NCBI GenBank assembly: GCA_027925225.1
Contig: AP027131.1
Coordinates: 240,001-272,000 of the forward strand
Source of the DNA: Candidatus Saccharimonadota bacterium
GTDB lineage: Bacteria > Bacillota_I > Bacilli_A > Mycoplasmatales > Hepatoplasmataceae
Length of the DNA stretch: 32,000 nt
Direction of reading: 5' to 3'
Both the position numbers and the translations under genes were made by a program. The notes under the pieces are model-generated. The model was not told the DNA's origin. It did not search any database and worked only from the letters and a program-made list of their open reading frames with translations. Below, piece after piece: positions 31,317-32,000 of this stretch. The number at the start of each line of letters is the position of its first letter. Position 1 is the first letter of the stretch.

Positions 31317-32000
31317 ATGAATAATAAAAATAATGCAAAAATATATGACATTTTAATAATAGGTGGAGGAATTATAGGAATAAGTATTGCTAAAGAATTC
31401 ATCGATAATAAAAAAAGTGTTTTTTTAGTTGAAAAAGACCCCAAAATATTACAAGAAACTTCTTCTCATAACAGTGGAGTAATTCATGGTGGTTTTGATG
31501 CGACTCCTGGAACATTAAAAGCAAAATTTAATGTTGAAGGCCGCCATCTTTATGAAAAATTATATTTTAAAAAAGAAACATCTTTTTTATGACAAAATTC
31601 TGATTCTTATATTTTGGCTTTTGATAAAGAAGAAGAAGAGGAATTAGAAAAACTTTATAATCAAGGAATTAAAAATGGCCTTAAAGCAAAAGAAATGGCA
31701 ATAATTTCTAGAGAAGATATTTTTAAAGTTAATCCTTATATAAATAAAGATGTTAAAAAAGCATTAGTTTGTTATACATCAAAATCAATTAATCCTCAAG
31801 AATTTGGGAATTTTTTATTTCTAAAAGCAAAAGAAAAAGGATTAGAATATAGTTTAAATTTTAAAGTTAATGAAATTTTTAAAAAAAATGATTATTGAAT
31901 TGTTAAATCTGAAGATGGAACAAAAATTAAAGCAAAATTCATTGTAAATGCTTCTGGAGTTTGAGCGGAAGAAATTGCGAAACTTGTTGAAAAAAATCCA
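31317..32000 (+). CDS. glpO: FAD-dependent glycerol-3-phosphate oxidase/dehydrogenase, 5' part (continues beyond the window)
   Basis: N-terminal dinucleotide fold YDILIIGGGIIGISIAKEF and SSHNSGVIHGGFDA. Track ORFs 31317-31592 and 31614-31898 are in the same frame, joined via TGA. Confidence 0.8.

Overview
This window is very AT-rich and comes from a Mollicutes-type genome that reads TGA as Trp (translation table 4). Almost every conserved gene is split in the supplied ORF track at in-frame TGA. The pieces rejoin in one frame with no TAA or TAG when TGA is read through (YebC HSKWANIKH, IleS PGWDTFG, Obg, PurA, PurB, HisS, Nfo, GlpK). I hand-checked in-frame stops for 6243-9146, A1, B1 and B2; the remaining joins rest on frame arithmetic and by-eye translation.

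Gene content in plus-strand order:
- a partial His-rich membrane transporter
- a stand-alone DUF262 (DGQQR) protein
- ybeY and a yebC-family gene (minus strand)
- two orphan plus-strand genes
- a small coiled-coil gene
- hisS, tightly coupled to a 967-aa 12-TM membrane protein
- a ybjQ-like gene followed by a 524-aa repeat-rich protein
- a second small coiled-coil paralog carrying a 21-bp coding repeat
- a long co-directional minus-strand array: ileS-nfo-[B2-A2]-purB fragment-nfo fragment-[B1-A1]-purB-purA-small ORF-obg-deoC
- glpF-glpK-glpO on the plus strand

I recognised no rRNA, tRNA, CRISPR array, transposase or integrase.

The main finding lies between purB and nfo. A two-gene cassette there encodes Asn/Tyr/Lys/Ile-rich, membrane-anchored surface proteins of no family I recognise. 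Gene B is about 783 aa with N- and C-terminal anchors. Gene A is about 490 aa with an N-terminal signal-anchor.

The cassette is present as two tandem, strongly diverged copies inside a 4.7-5.0 kb head-to-tail segmental duplication. The single novel joint is a purB-5'::nfo-3' chimera formed at an 11-nt microhomology (20866-20876). The housekeeping flanks of the two units are nearly identical, while the cassette genes are only about two-thirds identical by eye. Copy 1 of gene B is also disrupted. This points to a rapidly evolving or imported surface-protein locus.
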